From the IMG/VR virus record IMGVR_UViG_3300012007_000013, positions 20,435 to 84,434 of that record: a DNA stretch of 64,000 nucleotides. One strand, written 5' to 3'. Positions 10,016-20,472 of the stretch are shown here, one piece after another. Below the pieces are notes generated by a model. It had not been told where the DNA came from. It did not search any database and saw only the letters and a list, made by a program, of their open reading frames with translations. The position numbers and the translations under genes are program-made. Source of the stretch: a virus. Taxonomy: Duplodnaviria; Caudoviricetes. How positions within the stretch are numbered: position 1 is the stretch's first letter; each line of letters begins with the position of its first letter.

Positions 10016-10439
10016 ATGTTTTAATTGGTTTGTAGCGGCACACGGAAAAGTCGCCGTGGCGGTAGCATTGATTTGTCTGACCGTCTCGGCGACGTCGTGC
10101 CGTTCCACAAACGAGATTGTCAAGGAAGTACCAGTCCACGATACGACATATATCACCAAAACGCAACGCGACAGCACTTACATTGACAGGTGGCATACAG
10201 AATACGTCAAGGGCGATACCGTTTTTGTCACGAACAATCAAATAATAGTCAAATACAGAACCGTCTCTGATACAGCATATAAATACGTAGAAAAGCCAGT
10301 CGAGGTGGTTGTCAATCAAATAAAAGAGGTAGGCAGGCCGCTCCGTTGGTGGCAAAAAACGATGATGTGGTGCGGCGTAGGCTTCATCCTCGTGCTTATA
10401 GGTTTCGGTATGTCACTCTATGTAAAACTGAAAGGGTAA
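9993..10439 (+). CDS. unimolecular spanin-like lipoprotein
   Basis: Signal peptide with lipobox (SATS-C), beta-rich middle, C-terminal TM helix; adjacent to lysis genes. Confidence 0.6.
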   Translation: MRILQSHRCFNWFVAAHGKVAVAVALICLTVSATSCRSTNEIVKEVPVHDTTYITKTQRDSTYIDRWHTEYVKGDTVFVTNNQIIVKYRTVSDTAYKYVEKPVEVVVNQIKEVGRPLRWWQKTMMWCGVGFILVLIGFGMSLYVKLKG

Positions 10440-10443
10440 CGTT

Positions 10444-11052
10444 ATGAAGGAGAGAGTGCTTACAGTTTTGGTGCCTATTAAGGATAGCGATGCCACGGTT
10501 GTGACGTCACTCCCCGCCGTAACACCCGACAATATTAACGTCATATACAAACACGAGGGTGTCTACAAACGCATTTGGTTGAATCCAGCCACAAACCAAT
10601 ATGAGTATCACGAGGTTATAGATAGAGAGTTCCCTTATCTCGGCAAACCACTCGAGATATTCGATTTCACATACGACGCCACTCGAATGGGTACTGCCCC
10701 GACAATTTCCGCCCAAAATATAATGTGGTATGCAGACCGTGACGCAAACAACAAAGAAGTCACGCTTGAACGCCTTTGGTCTCAGGAATGCCACGTTGTG
10801 TTTAACGGTGAGAACTATTACTTGAAACAGATACCAACGGCGGGCAAATCGAACGAGGATGCCCGATATAAATATGACATAGACTTTGTCAACGAGCGCG
10901 TCGTCCTAGAACAGGTATACATTTATGATGTCGTTCAGCCGTTTATAACAGAGCGACCCGTGTCAGAATCGACGAAATTCTCGTTTTTCGGTGACATCAA
11001 TGAGTTGATAAAGAGGATTAATACATCTCTACTTAGAAGCAAACTTGCTTAA
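10444..11052 (+). CDS. tail hub/Tal-like protein, N-terminal part (ends at in-frame TAA)
   Basis: Same frame as 11317..14733; only TAA 11050-11052 interrupts the frame. Confidence 0.55.
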   Translation: MKERVLTVLVPIKDSDATVVTSLPAVTPDNINVIYKHEGVYKRIWLNPATNQYEYHEVIDREFPYLGKPLEIFDFTYDATRMGTAPTISAQNIMWYADRDANNKEVTLERLWSQECHVVFNGENYYLKQIPTAGKSNEDARYKYDIDFVNERVVLEQVYIYDVVQPFITERPVSESTKFSFFGDINELIKRINTSLLRSKLA

Positions 11053-11316
11053 ATTGCGTTAAATGACGGCGTTTCGGAAAGCGATATACTGAGTTACTCT
11101 GAGTGGAATTCAATCGGTCTTGGAACGTATGACGGTCCGATTGAAAAGACAAGAAAGTACATAGGTGGACAAGGTGCTACCGTATATCGTTATTTTTATC
11201 CATATTACGATGGAGACTATAACGCTTACCTTCGTGGTGAGATTTACAAGATTGTTGACGGCGATTTTGTAATTACAGGTTATCAGTGCAAGATTGGCAA
11301 GAATGCCAAGGGCGAA

Positions 11317-14300
11317 ATGACAACTTCGGAGGAGAAACTTATTGTTTTCGAGGACGACTATATCCACGAGGCGTTGCAGCAGATACACGACACGTTCGGA
11401 TTGCAGTATTATATTGTCAAAGAAAAAAACGGAGAGGGAGAATTTACAGGCAACACTTTTATTGTCATTGGCGATTGCGAATACGATTTTGCCGACTTAA
11501 ACGAAGAAGGCACAGACTATATTCGTGACGATGAGGGTCTGCCTACAACCACACATCCTTTTGACTATGGCGTGGACGATGCCTTGCTTTCCAAGGAAAA
11601 AACGAACACGACAGACAAGATAATCACGCGTATTACAGGCACGGGTAGCGAAGAGAATATTCCTTGGTATTACCCCAACCCTACGGCGGACGGATGGATA
11701 AAACCTCTGTTCAAGGAGAACGGTGAGGTTCAGAACATTGAAGTTGACTACCCACAGACCGAGGGGACTACAGTGCAAGACGGAGTAAAATATGAGAAAT
11801 ATTTAAAGAACCGTATCGGTGACATATTTCAATACGGCGTAAAAAAAGGCATTCTTCGGCAAACATCCTACAAGTCTTCGTTAAGCGGAGAGACAGGCGG
11901 CACAAATAATACTATACAAGTAGTTTACGTGCTTAATGTGAGAACAGGGTTTGTGAATCCGAAGTTCCAATTTTCGCTATCATTTCTGAACGGCTCAAAC
12001 TTGTCATATTATCAAGTCAAGTTGAGAGACAATACATCGGAGACCATTGTCGGCGAATATGACTCAAGCCAGTCGTATGCTAACCCGACGAACTTCCAAA
12101 GGGCGTTTATTGCAAGCGACGGCAGCGTAATACTTGATATGGTAGAAGGTCATATCTATTACTTGTATTTCGGTATCCATATCAATGGATATATGCCTCT
12201 ATCACGCAAATATGACTACTCTGGATATTTTTATCCTATACAAGACGTAGAGGTGTCACCGGGCGTCGTTTTGTCTGTTCCGTCCGATTTCTATGATTCC
12301 GACGGATTGCTTCCCGCTATTCATTACAGTGAAGGAACGGTAATATGGGCAGGATATAGTTATGACGGAACGAAAGACACCAAGGCGGAACCAATGAAGA
12401 GGTTTGTCAATATGAAGTATAAGGACGTCGACACTGGTTCTATATATCTTTGCACTGCTTCTGAGAGGCCCGATTATAATACAGGGGCGCGTTACAATGC
12501 CTATTTTATAAATCCGAGGATGCACTATCAAGAATGGGTGGAGACATTTATGCGTCTTTCTATCGGGCTGTGGTCAACCGACGGATGGTACAGGAACTCG
12601 AAAAAAGTCAATCTTGCCGACTATGCTTTGGAATTAGGAGACCTCAGTGGCCACACCTTGGGAATCACAGACACTATCGAATTCCAACGATTGAAGTATC
12701 TCACTCCGCAAGCCACACTTATGCCAGAGGTGTACGTCAAGACCGACGGGGAACGCAGATTCTATGATGCCGTCAATTACCCTCTGCCAAATGGAAACCC
12801 TGACCCCGCAATTGGAGAGACGGAAGTCGATGGACAAATAGTGAATCCTCTTTACTATAAAGATGATACTCGTACTCATTACGACTTCGAGAACGAACTA
12901 ATGCCGAACAAGCCTCTTGAACACATAGAGGGAATGGATGACATCAAGCCGACAATTAAGGGACAGACCAATTATATCAAAGTCCACGAGCAACCCGACG
13001 ATTGGGATGTGAATTATGGCTCTTATTACACTAAAAACAATGACGGCCAATTCATTCCCAACACAAATCCTGTTTTTCCTACACTAGTCACGGAAACAAC
13101 ACAGATATACAAACTTGTCAGGATAGACGTTGTTGAAATGTTTGCCTATGACGATTTGGACAACGACGAGATATGGGAGAATAACGATAACGGAAATGTC
13201 AGCGGAGAGTACAAGCACCCATACTTTTTCGCTAAACTACGCCCTCTTGGATTCAATTTGTTCGACCTAGCTTTGCAGGACGATATGGTACTGTCTATGA
13301 CAACAGGACATTGCGGGGCGTGCAACTTCAAGATAGGTGTCGACGAGAACACCAAGAAGAACCCAGTGCAGATTTGGGAGTATAACGTCTATCAAGGGGC
13401 GGACTACAACTCTAAAACACTGAAATATACAGCAGGTGAGTTAAGGAGATATGTTGATACGACAAACCTTTATTATGACACGACACCGGGCGACGAAGGT
13501 GGATACATCTCAGTCGATTCAAACGCGAATATGGCAAGAACCGGATTTATAGTGGATGCGTCCTCGAGACAACAATCATACCAACGCGCTGTGTATCCGT
13601 CCGAACAGGTGGTAAATGGAGAAGTCGGCAGTCTCAAGCAAGAAGGAAAGACACATTTCGAGGGAGATGTAAAAACAAGCGGAAAATTTATTGAGTCACA
13701 ACAAGATACTTCGGAGAATTTTGTCTGGGTGGCTCTTATGAAAGACACTGATTCCTATGGAGTCATTATGCCCTCGGCTCGTCCTGATTACGGCGATAGC
13801 AATTACAGCGTCTATATACGTCCCGCGTCGTTCAGTGACACTGGCGATGAAAATACGGCGGACAAGTTTGTATTGACAAATATCCGTCTTCCTCAGATGT
13901 ATCTTCGCCGTGCGGAGAGAGAACTGTCGGCGGCTTTAATCAAATTTATGTACGACGGGAACTATCAAAAGTTCAACTTCTCAATAAATAACAGCAGGAT
14001 TTTCCTTGCCCAGAATATATCGGTGGAAGACCGCCTTAATGAAAATTCCGTGGTCTATGTATCTTTTGATAACAAAATTTACAGACAGTATGTAAAGCAC
14101 TACACTTACAGAATGACAAAGGATGTCGTTCTTCCTGAAATTTCTGTCGATATGAACGAGGAATTGTCGGTTTCACGTACACGAGCAGGGAACGAACGTA
14201 ACCGTGAACGCGTGATGACTGCAAGTAGAAACGAACAGATTAATAGTGCGATAAGCCGTCTTACAGACAAGATGAGCAAGATATATATTGGTAGGAATTC

Positions 14301-14733
14301 CGACGCGATAGTTAGCGGCAATCTTGTTAGCAGGGATGCCGCGACATCATTCTCGGATTTGAGCGACATCAGTAAAGAAAACGAGGCTGGTGTTAGACAG
14401 AATCAAGAGAACATTTCGACAGAGCGGACACAGTTTGTGTCTTTCGTTGGCAAAGTGAATACCTTTAACGGCGGCGTCGACGAAAGATTAAAACAGATTA
14501 GAATCACTGTTGAAAAACGACTTTTGCCCGTCGCTCAGGATGTACGCGTAAATTCTTCTTGCCAAGACGTGTACAAATATCATTTTGAGCCTGTTATTTC
14601 TACTGCTAACACTGAGGCGAAACTGTGGTACGATGCAGATGGCAATGACCAAACATACAACACTACGCAAATGTCTTGTCCCACCGACCAAGGTATGTCA
14701 GACCTCGGATGGACAGATTTTGATATAACTTAA
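11317..14733 (+). CDS. large tail hub/central fibre protein, C-terminal part
   Basis: 1138 aa; DKIITRITGTGS...YYPN tail-protein motif; position after tape measure and lysis genes. Confidence 0.65.
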   Translation: MTTSEEKLIVFEDDYIHEALQQIHDTFGLQYYIVKEKNGEGEFTGNTFIVIGDCEYDFADLNEEGTDYIRDDEGLPTTTHPFDYGVDDALLSKEKTNTTDKIITRITGTGSEENIPWYYPNPTADGWIKPLFKENGEVQNIEVDYPQTEGTTVQDGVKYEKYLKNRIGDIFQYGVKKGILRQTSYKSSLSGETGGTNNTIQVVYVLNVRTGFVNPKFQFSLSFLNGSNLSYYQVKLRDNTSETIVGEYDSSQSYANPTNFQRAFIASDGSVILDMVEGHIYYLYFGIHINGYMPLSRKYDYSGYFYPIQDVEVSPGVVLSVPSDFYDSDGLLPAIHYSEGTVIWAGYSYDGTKDTKAEPMKRFVNMKYKDVDTGSIYLCTASERPDYNTGARYNAYFINPRMHYQEWVETFMRLSIGLWSTDGWYRNSKKVNLADYALELGDLSGHTLGITDTIEFQRLKYLTPQATLMPEVYVKTDGERRFYDAVNYPLPNGNPDPAIGETEVDGQIVNPLYYKDDTRTHYDFENELMPNKPLEHIEGMDDIKPTIKGQTNYIKVHEQPDDWDVNYGSYYTKNNDGQFIPNTNPVFPTLVTETTQIYKLVRIDVVEMFAYDDLDNDEIWENNDNGNVSGEYKHPYFFAKLRPLGFNLFDLALQDDMVLSMTTGHCGACNFKIGVDENTKKNPVQIWEYNVYQGADYNSKTLKYTAGELRRYVDTTNLYYDTTPGDEGGYISVDSNANMARTGFIVDASSRQQSYQRAVYPSEQVVNGEVGSLKQEGKTHFEGDVKTSGKFIESQQDTSENFVWVALMKDTDSYGVIMPSARPDYGDSNYSVYIRPASFSDTGDENTADKFVLTNIRLPQMYLRRAERELSAALIKFMYDGNYQKFNFSINNSRIFLAQNISVEDRLNENSVVYVSFDNKIYRQYVKHYTYRMTKDVVLPEISVDMNEELSVSRTRAGNERNRERVMTASRNEQINSAISRLTDKMSKIYIGRNSDAIVSGNLVSRDAATSFSDLSDISKENEAGVRQNQENISTERTQFVSFVGKVNTFNGGVDERLKQIRITVEKRLLPVAQDVRVNSSCQDVYKYHFEPVISTANTEAKLWYDADGNDQTYNTTQMSCPTDQGMSDLGWTDFDIT

Positions 14734-15995
14734 GGTAACTATATATAACTTTACACACAAAAAAAATAAACTAAAATTTTGTCAGTTTAGTTTTTATTCG
14801 TATCTTTGCAGTGATGATTAAGACATACAAATATAGACTACACCCTAACAATGAGCAAATTACTTTCTTCGAGAAGTCGTTTGGTTGCGTTAGGTTTGTC
14901 TATAATTGGGCACTTAATCAGCGTATCGAGGCATATCAGAAAGACGGAACCCGCATTTCGTGGGTCGATAATTGCAAGCGACTGACCGAACTCAAAAAGC
15001 AGGAAGAGACGAAATGGCTGTGCGAGGTCGCAAACCAATCACTGCAATCATCCATACGTAATATGGATAGTGCTTTCACACGCTTCTTTCGAGAAAAGAA
15101 AGGCTTTCCGAAGTTCCATTCAAAGAAACGTGGAAGATTCTCTTTCCAGTTGGTGCAGGGTGTATCTATTGACTTCAATACACATAAGGTAAAACTGCCG
15201 AAGGTTGGCGAAGTGAAATTCGGAAAGAACAAAGAGTTTGTCGGCAAGATTGGCACTTGCACGGTTTCAAAGACACCGACGGGAAAATACTACATTTCAA
15301 TACTTGTAGACGACGGCAAGCCTATGCCAGAAAAAGCACCGATTACAGCTGACACCGCCGTCGGCATAGATGTTGGCATCAAGGATTTCGCCGTGCTATC
15401 TAACGGTCAAGTTTATTCTAACCCCAAATATTTGGAGAAAGATGAAAAGCGGTTAAAAGTATTACAAAGACGTCTTTCGAGAAAGCAGAAAGACAGCAAG
15501 CGTAGCGAAAGTGCGAGATTGGCGGTAGCAAGGCAGCACGAGAAGATACGCAACAGACGTGTCAATTTCATCCACCAAGTCACTTCGAGGATTGTCCGCG
15601 AAAACCAAACGGTAATCATCGAGGACTTGAATGTGGACGGTATGCTTAAAAACCACAATCTCGCAAAGCATATAGCGTCGGCGTCGTGGTCGGAGTTCTT
15701 CCGTCAGTTGCAGTACAAATGCGACTGGCAAGGTAAAAACCTCATACGCATCGGGCGTTTCGAGCCAAGTTCAAAGATGTGTCTGTGTGGGTTCATCAAC
15801 AAGGATTTGACATTGAAAGACCGAGAGTGGGATTGCCCACAATGTGGTAGGCACAACGACCGCGACTTGCTTGCAGCAGTGAACATAAAGAGGTTCGGCT
15901 TGCAGAAGCAGAATCTCATAGGAGAAATATCACCCGTGGTGAACGGGGCAGAGGACGTGGAGCCGCTGACATTGGTCGGGGCTGTGAAGCGTCAA
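14725..15995 (+). mobile_element. tnpB-only IS200/IS605-family element (no tnpA)
   Basis: Preceded by TTGAT (14720-14724); ends in TCAA (15992-15995) after a structured 3' region typical of omega-RNA; boundaries inferred. Confidence 0.55.
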
Positions 15996-16010
15996 TATAT
16001 CAAAGTGTAA
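14814..16010 (+). CDS. tnpB: TnpB RNA-guided endonuclease
   Basis: N-terminal HTH (YKYRLHP...FGCVRFVYN), RuvC motifs GIDVG, IEDL and DRD..AAVNI, zinc finger C..CG...CPQCG; catalytic residues intact. Confidence 0.93.
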   Translation: MIKTYKYRLHPNNEQITFFEKSFGCVRFVYNWALNQRIEAYQKDGTRISWVDNCKRLTELKKQEETKWLCEVANQSLQSSIRNMDSAFTRFFREKKGFPKFHSKKRGRFSFQLVQGVSIDFNTHKVKLPKVGEVKFGKNKEFVGKIGTCTVSKTPTGKYYISILVDDGKPMPEKAPITADTAVGIDVGIKDFAVLSNGQVYSNPKYLEKDEKRLKVLQRRLSRKQKDSKRSESARLAVARQHEKIRNRRVNFIHQVTSRIVRENQTVIIEDLNVDGMLKNHNLAKHIASASWSEFFRQLQYKCDWQGKNLIRIGRFEPSSKMCLCGFINKDLTLKDREWDCPQCGRHNDRDLLAAVNIKRFGLQKQNLIGEISPVVNGAEDVEPLTLVGAVKRQYIKV

Positions 16011-16122
16011 ACACCTATAATCACCTAACTTAAAAATTTTCAATTATGGCAAATTTAAACCAATTTTACATTTTTTTTTAATAGTTACAAAAAAAGTTGT
16101 ATCTTTGCAAAAAATATAAGCG

Positions 16123-16884
16123 ATGGTAGACAGGCAAAGTTTCTTACAGGGTGAAGATATATTCATCACAGTTTCAATTGGTAAAGAATATTTTACCGAT
16201 ATGGACATGTTGTATGCCTATGTATTTTTTGATGATAATCACGGACTTATAACAAGTGAAGACAGTGAGTATATCGATATGAATTACGATAAAGAGAAGT
16301 CGGAGGTTAGCATCCATATATCTCACGAAATAACGGCAAATGCTCGTTACATGCCAGTAGGAACATACGGACTTGAGATAATGAAAGTCACAAAAGATAC
16401 GGAATACAGAAAGATATACCAAAACAAGAAACAGTTTGATTTAAAGAAGTCTTACATTGTAAATTCAGGTAGTAAAATAATTAATTTCAACATAGCGATG
16501 GCATTAAAGAACAATCAGTATCAAGGTGAAACTCTCGACCTAATCATAGAAGGTGATGAGAATTTTGACTTTGGAGAAAGCGGCACTCAACCGTTCAAAG
16601 TATTCGTTTATCCAGACGGACTTGACACAAGTATTGAGGCAAATAAAGAGTATATCAAAATCATAGACTCTAGAGATGTTGACGGTAATGCCGTCTATGG
16701 AGATGGTTATGTGTCGAGAGAAGAAAATTATACTGCTCACGCATTTCTCCCATACTACGAGACGCAGAATATGAGGACTGGTTATTATACGGTGGAAGTG
16801 CTCTATGGGGACGAAGCGCGTTCTGTAAACAAGTTTAACAATGCTTTCATTTTAGTTGAAGGATATAGTAACGAAATACAATAA
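16123..16884 (+). CDS. baseplate/fibre-associated protein with two similar Ig-like domains
   Basis: Two ~120-aa halves each beginning .QGE and containing M..G.Y..E; own promoter at 16100. Confidence 0.4.
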   Translation: MVDRQSFLQGEDIFITVSIGKEYFTDMDMLYAYVFFDDNHGLITSEDSEYIDMNYDKEKSEVSIHISHEITANARYMPVGTYGLEIMKVTKDTEYRKIYQNKKQFDLKKSYIVNSGSKIINFNIAMALKNNQYQGETLDLIIEGDENFDFGESGTQPFKVFVYPDGLDTSIEANKEYIKIIDSRDVDGNAVYGDGYVSREENYTAHAFLPYYETQNMRTGYYTVEVLYGDEARSVNKFNNAFILVEGYSNEIQ

Positions 16885-16888
16885 AATC

Positions 16889-19402
16889 ATGGCTGTAAAT
16901 TTAAAAATAGTTTCTCAGGTTGTAGCATCCGGCACACCTGGCCCTGCTGGCAAAAGCGCATATCAAATCGCCGTAGATAATGGTTTTCAAGGAACCGAAT
17001 CCGAGTGGCTGAAAGAACTTCATCCGTTCAAAGGTTGGTTCGATAGCGTCTCCGAATTGGAGGAGGAACATTCTGCTCCATCCGTCGGTGAGTATGCCTA
17101 TGTCAAGGGCGCAACGTCAAGTGACCCTGTTAAAATATACGAGTGCTCTACGGAAGGCTCTTGGTCTGACAGCGGACGTACTGTTGACACAAGCACCGTC
17201 CAGACATTCAGAAGCGGTGAGTCAGTCAACGATGTTGACATTACGGAAGATTCATCCGAAATTTTAGAAGATGGAGAAAAGATACCTACAGCATCTGCTG
17301 TTGCCGGCGCATTGGGTAATGCAGAATTTTCAACAGGAGAAAAAATCAAGAATGTGGGTATTGACGCTGAACCTACTGCTAAAAGTGATAATCTGGTTAA
17401 AAGTGGAGGAGTGGCACAAAAGATACAAACACTAATTAATGACTCTATTGCTCCTAATTGGGATAATTATGAATTAGAAAATGGATTCTATTATAGTGGT
17501 ACATCCGAGGAGACTGGTTCTGGATGGAAAAGATGCAAAATAGATATTTCAAGTGCATCTATTCTTAAATTTAGAACAAATCTTTATGGTGGTGGTAATT
17601 GTTGCATCACAGATGTAGAGGGGAATGTGCTAAAAACTTGGATTTTAGCAGACCTCCCAACTGGTAAGTTCGTTATTTTTGATTTATCTTCTATTACTAA
17701 TCCTAAATATTTTTATTATTCAGTTTGGCTTAATAATTTTACAGAGGATGATGTCTATATCAAAGCACTTGCAGATATAGCATCTTTACACGAACTGAAA
17801 GAAACCGAATCTTATATCACATCCGAAGAAGATATAGATAGTGGAGAACTGAATAATGTTTTAATACTTGTTAATAATGCTCCAACCGAAACTTCATCTT
17901 CTGTATATAGAACAACTAATTATATACCCGTATCAGAAGGGGATATAATTAGAGTACTCTCTTATTGTAATAATAATGCTTTTGTTATTACAGGTTATGC
18001 CTCTAAAAGTCAAGATTCCTATGTTTCGTCTTTTTCGGTTTATGGAAAAGCCAATATGGAAATAGCAGAATGGTTTTTTGCCAAAATTCCAAGTGGAGTC
18101 AATTATATAAGGGTATCTTGTCCAAAGGAATACTTGGTAAATGGAAAGATAATAATAAAGAGGAAGGTTGCAGATTCTATTGATGCAAGACTATTTCCAA
18201 TAGATGGTAGGCAGTTGGTTTTCCTCAATAATCCCTATTTGATTGATGTCAAGGGAACTCTTGTTTCAAGTAGTGTATATTATTGTTCGGATTTCATTGA
18301 ACTTAATGAATGTGATTCTTATAAATTAAGTGGCATTAGTGGTGGATATGGATGCCTATGGGTGTCATTCTATTCTTCACAGAATCAGGCAGACTTCATA
18401 GGACAAGCAATTACAGGAGATGGTGGTACAACACCAAGAACGATAGTGTTTACAGTTCCAAAGGGCGGCAAATATGTGAGATTCTGTGGTAGTTGGGATG
18501 TTGCTCATCCGCAACCAATAACTCTTATTAGAGCAAATGAGGGTTATAGGATAGCAGCCAATGAAAGCAAGTTACTACCAAGCAATAGAACACTTCTTGA
18601 CTTTCCTCGTACTGCATCAAGAAAACCTATGATTCTTTTCCAGATGGATATGGCAAAGGTTGCATATAGCCAGAAGATAATTGACTATGCAGATATTCTT
18701 GAGGCAAATGGAGTGAAGAGGAGTACATATAATGTTCTTCCCGAGTATCTTGGCCACGATGCTTATACCAACTTTGATTTCTGGATGAACACCTTATTCA
18801 ATAGAGGAAATGAGGTGGCTTTGCATACGGGGCCAGATTACAATTTCTTTCTTAATAGCACTATGACTGATGCACAAGTTGAGGCTGCTATGAAAGACTA
18901 TCTTGATAGACTTGAGTCAAAGGGTTATGAGATTACAGGATTTATACCTCTTGGAGCAGAACTTAAACCATCATTCAAGCCTATCATAGCAAAATATATG
19001 AATTGGATGCTTTCTGGAGATGGTCCAACAGGAAATGTTCCTGGAGATGTTGGCTTAATGGAAGATAATGTGATGGATTATATTTCAAGTCTACAAACTG
19101 ATAGGTTCCAAATTCTACGCATAGATTTGGAGTGTGTTCATACAGATGCATCCGCAGAAATGCACGCAGCAATGCTACAAAAAGCAAAAGATGTGGTAGA
19201 TGAAACTATCGATAGAGGTGGATATACAATCTTCTACTCTCATACTTATAATCAAACATTTGGCACTACCTATACACTATATCCAGAGTTATTTATTCCT
19301 CTTTGCGAATATATTAAGAGTAAAATTGATGAACGACAAATAGTTACGGGTAACACCAATGAAATGTTGGAGTGGTATTATACACCAAGAGTGGGAGAAT
19401 AA
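16889..19402 (+). CDS. tail fibre/receptor-binding protein with C-terminal polysaccharide deacetylase-like domain
   Basis: GKSAYQIAVDNGF.GTE.EWL fibre motif, three ~95-aa beta repeats, then ILFQMD/EVALHT/FYSH (CE4/NodB-like pattern). Confidence 0.6.
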   Translation: MAVNLKIVSQVVASGTPGPAGKSAYQIAVDNGFQGTESEWLKELHPFKGWFDSVSELEEEHSAPSVGEYAYVKGATSSDPVKIYECSTEGSWSDSGRTVDTSTVQTFRSGESVNDVDITEDSSEILEDGEKIPTASAVAGALGNAEFSTGEKIKNVGIDAEPTAKSDNLVKSGGVAQKIQTLINDSIAPNWDNYELENGFYYSGTSEETGSGWKRCKIDISSASILKFRTNLYGGGNCCITDVEGNVLKTWILADLPTGKFVIFDLSSITNPKYFYYSVWLNNFTEDDVYIKALADIASLHELKETESYITSEEDIDSGELNNVLILVNNAPTETSSSVYRTTNYIPVSEGDIIRVLSYCNNNAFVITGYASKSQDSYVSSFSVYGKANMEIAEWFFAKIPSGVNYIRVSCPKEYLVNGKIIIKRKVADSIDARLFPIDGRQLVFLNNPYLIDVKGTLVSSSVYYCSDFIELNECDSYKLSGISGGYGCLWVSFYSSQNQADFIGQAITGDGGTTPRTIVFTVPKGGKYVRFCGSWDVAHPQPITLIRANEGYRIAANESKLLPSNRTLLDFPRTASRKPMILFQMDMAKVAYSQKIIDYADILEANGVKRSTYNVLPEYLGHDAYTNFDFWMNTLFNRGNEVALHTGPDYNFFLNSTMTDAQVEAAMKDYLDRLESKGYEITGFIPLGAELKPSFKPIIAKYMNWMLSGDGPTGNVPGDVGLMEDNVMDYISSLQTDRFQILRIDLECVHTDASAEMHAAMLQKAKDVVDETIDRGGYTIFYSHTYNQTFGTTYTLYPELFIPLCEYIKSKIDERQIVTGNTNEMLEWYYTPRVGE

Positions 19403-19424
19403 ATAATTTATATACTTAATAGTT

Positions 19425-19457
19425 AAGGACTACATCAATAAAATGTGTAGTCCTTTT
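19425..19457 (+). terminator. intrinsic terminator
   Basis: 10-bp stem AAGGACTACA/TGTAGTCCTT followed by TT. Confidence 0.7.
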
Positions 19458-19581
19458 GAAAATAGATTTTGTTAATTCAAATTTTATTAGCATTTTTGCA
19501 ATAAATTTAAAACATTGTGGATATGGCTAAAAGAAGTAGTAAATCAGGTAAATGGCACGCTAACAAAAAATAATAAGACAA

Positions 19582-20109
19582 ATGGGTAGAAGTTCACAAT
19601 ATAATCACTATATGCAGAGGGTCGATAGTCCCGGGTACGCCACCATTGACATAGAGGAGGAGTTTCCCGGTCTGCTATACTCGAGTGCGAAAGGTATTTA
19701 TGACATAGGTAAACCAAAGAATATCTACACAGAGCAGTATGCAGATAGCGACAGAACTCGTGTGTATATTCCAATAGAATACCTTAATGGTCAGTTAGTG
19801 CATAACACATCGTTGATTGCTAATGAATCGACTACTGTAGAAATGACTTTCCTTGTAGTTGGAGATGCTCATGCTCGACGTGACACCATAACTGCCTTTG
19901 AGGATTATGTTCGCACAGGAATTCATACATATTATGATACTGCTCGTCAGATGGAGTTTGAGTTTTTCGTTTCAGACGACATAAAGGTAAGCGATGAAAA
20001 ATGGCACGGAAGTCAACCATACGTAGAACTGACAGTACCGTTGCAGAATATCAACGGGAAAACTCGACATATAGAGCCGTCTGCGATTATACAGACAAGA
20101 ACATCGTAG
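19582..20109 (+). CDS. putative distal-tail-like protein, paralogue A
   Basis: 175 aa; strong similarity to 25140..25649 (KNIYTE.YADSD..RVY.P, KVSDEKWHG..PY). Confidence 0.45.
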   Translation: MGRSSQYNHYMQRVDSPGYATIDIEEEFPGLLYSSAKGIYDIGKPKNIYTEQYADSDRTRVYIPIEYLNGQLVHNTSLIANESTTVEMTFLVVGDAHARRDTITAFEDYVRTGIHTYYDTARQMEFEFFVSDDIKVSDEKWHGSQPYVELTVPLQNINGKTRHIEPSAIIQTRTS

Positions 20110-20118
20110 AGTAAAATA

Positions 20119-20472
20119 CTAGTTCGTAATTCTCTTTTTTACAGGCGGTCGCTTCTCAAGAGTTGCGACCGCTTCCACTTCTGTACGGAGGAATCCGACT
20201 TTGTGGTTGTTTATCGTGTGCGTTTTTACACCGTGTTTTGCGAGCACTTTCTGCATTGCCTCACGCGAGCCTATGTTAAGGATACGCATTGCATCGTCGT
20301 AAGTCACGAAAGAGTCTTCCCTAAAGTAGCCTTTGTTTTCGGCGTTGACGCGACCGAGCATATAACCTATCTGCTCGTCGTTGCATTCGCCGTTCTCCAT
20401 TCTGTGGAGGATGTCCTTTAAATATCGTATCGCCTCTTTCATAAGTGGCGATTTTACTTTTCCGCCTTCCAT
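20119..20472 (-). CDS. putative HTH DNA-binding protein
   Basis: C-terminal VTYDDAMRILNIGSREAMQKVL resembles an excisionase/MerR-type HTH; basic tail. Confidence 0.45.
   Translation of the reverse strand: MEGGKVKSPLMKEAIRYLKDILHRMENGECNDEQIGYMLGRVNAENKGYFREDSFVTYDDAMRILNIGSREAMQKVLAKHGVKTHTINNHKVGFLRTEVEAVATLEKRPPVKKRITN

Noticed and set aside
14726-16033. 8-bp direct repeat TAACTTAA as a target-site duplication of the tnpB element
   Set aside because: IS200/IS605 elements do not make target duplications, and an AT-rich 8-mer can recur by chance; kept only as an alternative boundary hypothesis.
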